A stretch of DNA of 64,000 bases from Macrostomum lignano (lineage: Eukaryota): the NCBI GenBank assembly GCA_002269645.1, contig NIVC01001399.1, positions 186,001 to 250,000 of the forward strand, written 5' to 3'. The stretch's first letter is position 1. Each line of letters starts with the position of its first letter. Below are positions 59,401 through 64,000 of the stretch, one piece after another. A model generated the notes under the pieces. It saw only the letters and a list, made by a program, of their open reading frames with translations, made no database searches and had not been told where the DNA came from. A program made the position numbers and the translations under genes.

Positions 59401-62400
59401 GCATAGAGGCGCCTAACTGCAGTCACTCCTGTGAAACTTGTCTCTGCCTGGCTGAAAGCTTGTAATGAGTGAGTAGGCTGGGTTGGAGGGTAATAGTGGA
59501 TCGGGAAGGGCTGTGGGTAGCTGTTTAGGAAGGCAGGCCTATACCTGTACCAAGGTGCTCTGACGGTATCCCTCAGGCACCCTCTGAACGTATAGCCAGC
59601 GACCCTATTAAAGCTGGAGTGTGCCAGAACCAGGACTGAGTCTGAGCAGGATGGGACCGTTGGCACAGTCACAATAGAAATGGCGGGTTGGCAAAGCAAA
59701 GGGTGAAACAGTCCCGGCGATTAGCCCTCCTGCCGCTTCAAAGATAAGAGACTGTCTGTTGGCAAGAGTACCCGTGGCTTAGTTGGGAGGGAGGCTCCTT
59801 TGGGTTGCCACGGCCGTGGGGGCGGTCAAATGACCGGCATTGGCTTTTCTAACCCATGAGTAGGCACGGGCTTCCCTGATTGGTTCTTTCAACCCCCATG
59901 GGCCTCGGGGAGGTTTATGATTTGTACCCGGGGGTAGAGGGGCGGTCGGCCCCAGCATGGTTGCCACGGCTCTAGGCCTTCGGGCCATCTCTAATAGGCT
60001 ATGGGGGCCTTCTAACCTGGTTTGTGGGCACGGGCTTCCTGACTGGTTCGTCGAACCGCTACTGTCCCCGGGGAGGTTTGGTTTTTTTGATACTGCCCTG
60101 TACAGTCCTCTATAGTCTAACTTGGCTTTTAGTGTACATTAGTACTCTCCCAATTTGGAATCTAAATTATTTCTAGTGGCGTAAGAGCCTTTTTACTTAG
60201 GCTGAGGCGCCGGAAGCACTTATCATAGTCATAGTCATAGGCTTGGGAAGCAGATTCATTCATTCGCAGACTTGCGAAGTCTCAAATTAGTCTCAAATCA
60301 CCGCGAGGCTGTGGTTTTGTCTCGCATAGAGGCGCCTAACTGCAGTACCCCTGTGAAACTTGTCTCTGCCTGGCTGAAAGCTTGTAATGAGTGAGTAGGC
60401 TGGGTTGGAGGGTAATAGTGGATCGGGAAGGGCTGTGGGTAGCTGTATAGGAAGGCAGGCCTATACCTGTTCCAGTTGGTGCTTTGACAGTCTCCTTCAA
60501 GTGCCCTCTGAGCAAACAGCCAGCGACCCTATTATAGCTGGAGTGTGCCAGAACCAGGACTGAGTCTGAGCAGGACGAGACCGTTGGCATGGTCACTATA
60601 GAAATGGTGGGTTGGCGAAGCAAAGGGTGAAATAGTCCCGGCGATTAGCCCTCCTGCCGCTTCAAAGATAAGAGACTGTCTGGCAAGAGTACCCGGGGTT
60701 TAGTTGGGGGGAGGCTCTTTCGGGCTGCCATGGCCGTGGGGGCGGTCATATGACCGGTTTTTGGCTTTTCTAACCCATGGGATTCCTGACTGGTGCGTCC
60801 TTCCACTGTCACTGTCTCCCAGGGAGGTTTTTGATTTGTCAATTGCCCTTTGTACAGTCCTCTTAGCTCCAATTAGGATCTCAGTGTACATAAGTACACT
60901 CCCAACCTGGAATTAATTTATATCTAGTGGTGTAAGAGCCTAATCAATGGCTGAGGCGCCAAATACTTATTACTGTTACTGTTACTGCTTGGGAAGCAGA
61001 TTCGTTCGTTTGCGGACTCGCGAAGTCTCAAATTAGGAAAGGTAAGAGGCAGGAAAAATATTAGGAAATACGTAAAACTGTTAGAGGTAGTCAATGCCAA
61101 CAACAGTACACTACAAGGTAGTCAATGCCTAGCTTTTCCCACAAGTAAAGTAACAATAACCATTGCATGCTGATTTTCTTTTCTTTTTTTGAAATAATAA
61201 AGTTTTGTTAAATATTTTGGTTTTCCTGTGTCACTCCTTATCACTAAATTAATAGAAATAGGGAAGCAGGAAGCCTGGTGGCAGGAAATCTACCAAAATC
61301 TAAAACCAGTAAATCCACTAGTAAAATCCTTAGCAATAGAAAACCAGTAGCCCTAACCGCGAGGTATCACACTTGTCCATATTTATATAATACTACTAAA
61401 ATAAGCATATGGTAAAAAGGTAAGACATAACTCATTTATTTGAAACTTGAAAGCTAATTGATTAATAATAAAATACAAATATAAAGGTTGTTTCAATAGC
61501 ATTAGTAAGTGCAGCAGAAAGTTAAGAAAAAATTGGGAAAGAAGTGAATCAAAGTAATTGATGCTCATGCACAAGCAATAACATAATTTTAATTCATTAT
61601 TAAAGTTCATTAGTAAGAAGTTATTATATTTGCATCATCATTCTTAAAAACAAAAATGTTAAATATGTATTTAGGTAAATTGAAATACATACTGCAATGT
61701 AACTTCTTGCCAGATTTATATTTTTGTTCTTTTTTGCATCCTTGGTCATTGACATTGCCATTAATGTTAAGGGTGAATAAGGGATATTATTAATGCAAAT
61801 TTGTTAATCCATTATTGCAAAAAAATCTTAATGGCAGTCTATTAATGTTAATGAAAAATCTTAGTGCTTATTTATGGATAGATGCTTATTAATGGACTGG
61901 TGCCTAACACTGCATACAAGGCCAATGCACACCTTAATTTTTGGGTGTATACTATATGATCCAGAGTTTGGGCTAAGACTTATGTAAATACTAGTGTCAA
62001 GATCATATATTAGTATAGGCCTAATGTATACCAGAGAAAATTTGCTTATTGACTCTAGCTCATAGCTTATAAGCCATATATGCGCAACTGCTGGCCAACC
62101 TGGCCAATCCAGCCACTGTAAATTATATAAGCTTTGTATTATGAGCTAAGCTAGGTAATAGTCTAGCCTATTGACATAAGAGATCAGGCTGAGTGGGAGC
62201 CAATACAAAAGCAGGGCCACAAAAGCCTTAACATGATCTGGGGCAATAAGGATATAATTTTGATTGGCAAGGATAAGAATTTGATTTGTATACATAGTAC
62301 TTGATATAAAAAATTGTGGTGCAAAAAATAAATGTCTAAACAAATAATTAATTTTTGTTGTATATTTGTATTGATCATTTCATGCAGAACTGGTAACATT

Positions 62401-63248
62401 CTTGAAGTTATTAATTAAAATATCATGTATTAGTAATTGAATTTGTAGTAATGTTCAAAGCCCTACCACACTAGCATATAATGAATTAATTCTATTAGAT
62501 AAGTTTTACAATTAATAATTTTATATCCTAAACATATTGTATTATTTATAAAATGTATAAAAAAATATAATATTGATTACCTTTTAGAATGTTTGAATAT
62601 AGTTTATGAAGTATTGAAATTGTTTTAGAATTATACATTTGCAACACCTGGCCAATCTAGCTAATATAGCCAAGTAATGAGATGCCAAGAAAGGTAGTAA
62701 GTTGCAAAAATGGCCAACCCAAGAAAAAGCAAGGGAAGAAAAGGAAAGAAAGCAAATTAAGAAAAAACAAATATGTGATTGTGACAATCTGCAATCAAAA
62801 GCAATAAGTAATATTAATAGCTTCAAATCATATTTGAAGGGTTGAAGCCAGTCTTTGCTTAGTTAGATGCCGAGGCATTTTACTGGAGAAGCACAGTCAT
62901 AGTCACTCCTGCCGTTTACCCAGTTGCGATTTTTATTGAGCATATATCCTTACTGGTTATCCCAATTTCACCCAATGCAGTGGCAGCGGATGAGGCTACG
63001 AACCCCGCTATGAGCACCTGCGCAGAGCTATTCTCAGCGCGTGCCCCAGCGGGGTTCAGATCTCCGGTCACGATGGTCGCCGGGGCAGCTTCGAGGTGAC
63101 AATCAATGGCCAGCTGATTTTCTCCAAGCTGAAGCTGCACGGCTTTCCTGATGAAAATCAGGTTGTCGAACAGGTGAAGCGAGCTACAAATGGCGACGAT
63201 CCTAACGTACTGGAAGATTCTCAAAGTCCCGGATGTAATCTGCTGTAA
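56424..63248 (+). CDS. MIEN1: MIEN1/SelW2-like Rdx-family selenoprotein, copy 2 (100 aa, Sec at UGA 62991..62993)
   Basis: join(56424..56458,62981..63248) gives MSHPVTVSVEYC-GSG-U-GYEPRYEHLRRAIL...GSFEVTINGQLIFSKLKLHGFPDE...RATNG...CNLL*. Same exon phase and UGA position as copy 1; SECIS-like element downstream. The exon 1 link across a 6.5-kb intron is inferred from homology to copy 1. Confidence 0.85.
59365..61037 (+). repeat. diverged tandem duplication (about 875 bp and about 750 bp units plus the start of a third) with retroposon-like 3' ends
   Basis: Units begin GCTTGGGAAGCAGATT, share long homologous bodies, and end with GG(C/T)GTAAGAGCC-loop-GGCTGAGGCGCC followed by a (TAGTCA)n or (TTACTG)n tail. 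Confidence 0.7.
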
Positions 63249-63420
63249 TGCTGTGCTTCGCTATTAACTTTTCATTTACAATCTCTCCGAAGAGCGTTTT
63301 CTCTTTTTTACAATGAATAAACAAATTTAGACGGTCAAAAACGTATATTTCTACTGTAAGTAGACTAAATAGTAGCATGAATTGAATTTCGTCAAAAACA
63401 AATAGAAAAACCAGCGCGAG

Positions 63421-63510
63421 CCCAGACGTATGACGACAGGCCTCGGCGTTAAAATCCTAATTGGAACCGTCCGCACCAGTACACCGGATGGGCGCCACCT
63501 GTCTGATATT
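63421..63510 (+). other. SECIS element (atypical) of selenoprotein copy 2
   Basis: Identical to the copy 1 element from ATGA (63430) to TGA (63504-06) except for 4 nt in one hairpin loop. Confidence 0.75.
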
Positions 63511-64000
63511 ATTGGCTAAAACTTTGCTTGACATTGTTTGGCTAAGTCTGTGCGCGCGTTGGGTTTTTTGGTTTCATTTATAAACAAAAAATTACATTGA
63601 TATGATTAGAAAGAGAGAAAATCACTTTGTGGCAGAAAAGTGTCTTAAAAGTAATTTTTGATTTATTAAGCGTCAAATATATCCTAAAACATTGTTTTTT
63701 TGCTTTCTGTGCACTCGTATGCTGTGCAACATTTATTCAGGTTGAAAACTTTTTACCCGCGGTATTTTTGGACCGATACAATTAAGCTCTGTGTTTTATT
63801 TAAAGGCCACTTAAATTGAAATATAAAATATAATAAATCAGAATTCTACGAGTGTAAGTTACTCGCCCACTATAAAATCTCTCAATTTTAACTTTATTAA
63901 AGAGTAAAAAGTTTTCGAGTTTTCTAATTTTTACTTTTCACCTATCCAGTGGTCCTAGCAACAGATATGTCCTTTTCTGGCTTCCCTAGCAACAGATATC

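Noticed and set aside
63950-64000. Repeated CCTAGCAAC (RFX half-site-like) at the window end
   Set aside because: Only half-sites, and the downstream context is outside the window.

Overview
Eukaryotic (animal, intron-rich, minisatellite-rich) genomic DNA. The style suggests a flatworm such as Macrostomum, but that is inference only. Seven spliced genes were reconstructed by hand with frame-consistent splice sites: PPIL1 (-), JTB (+, 5' end not found), CCDC177-like (+), NEK2-like kinase (+, two consecutive GC-AG introns, mariner in intron 3), HEI10/CCNB1IP1-like RING ligase (-), and two tandem MIEN1/SelW2-like (Rdx family) genes (+). The ORF track misses these last two because each has an in-frame UGA. 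Both appear to be selenoproteins with an unusual C-x-x-x-U motif, a C-terminal CaaX box and a near-identical, atypical three-way-junction SECIS lying downstream of a conserved proximal AATAAA. The 15.4-kb 'satellite' at 20.6-36.0 kb is a head-to-tail array of five non-autonomous Helitrons (A^TC...hairpin-CTAG^T). Each unit carries a tRNA-like Pol III module and two internal minisatellites. Also present: tRNA-derived SINEs, a BEL/Pao gag fragment, a mariner relic, a 2-kb (GATCCTAGATCCCA)n array and many intronic minisatellites. All coordinates were counted by hand; no database search was run.
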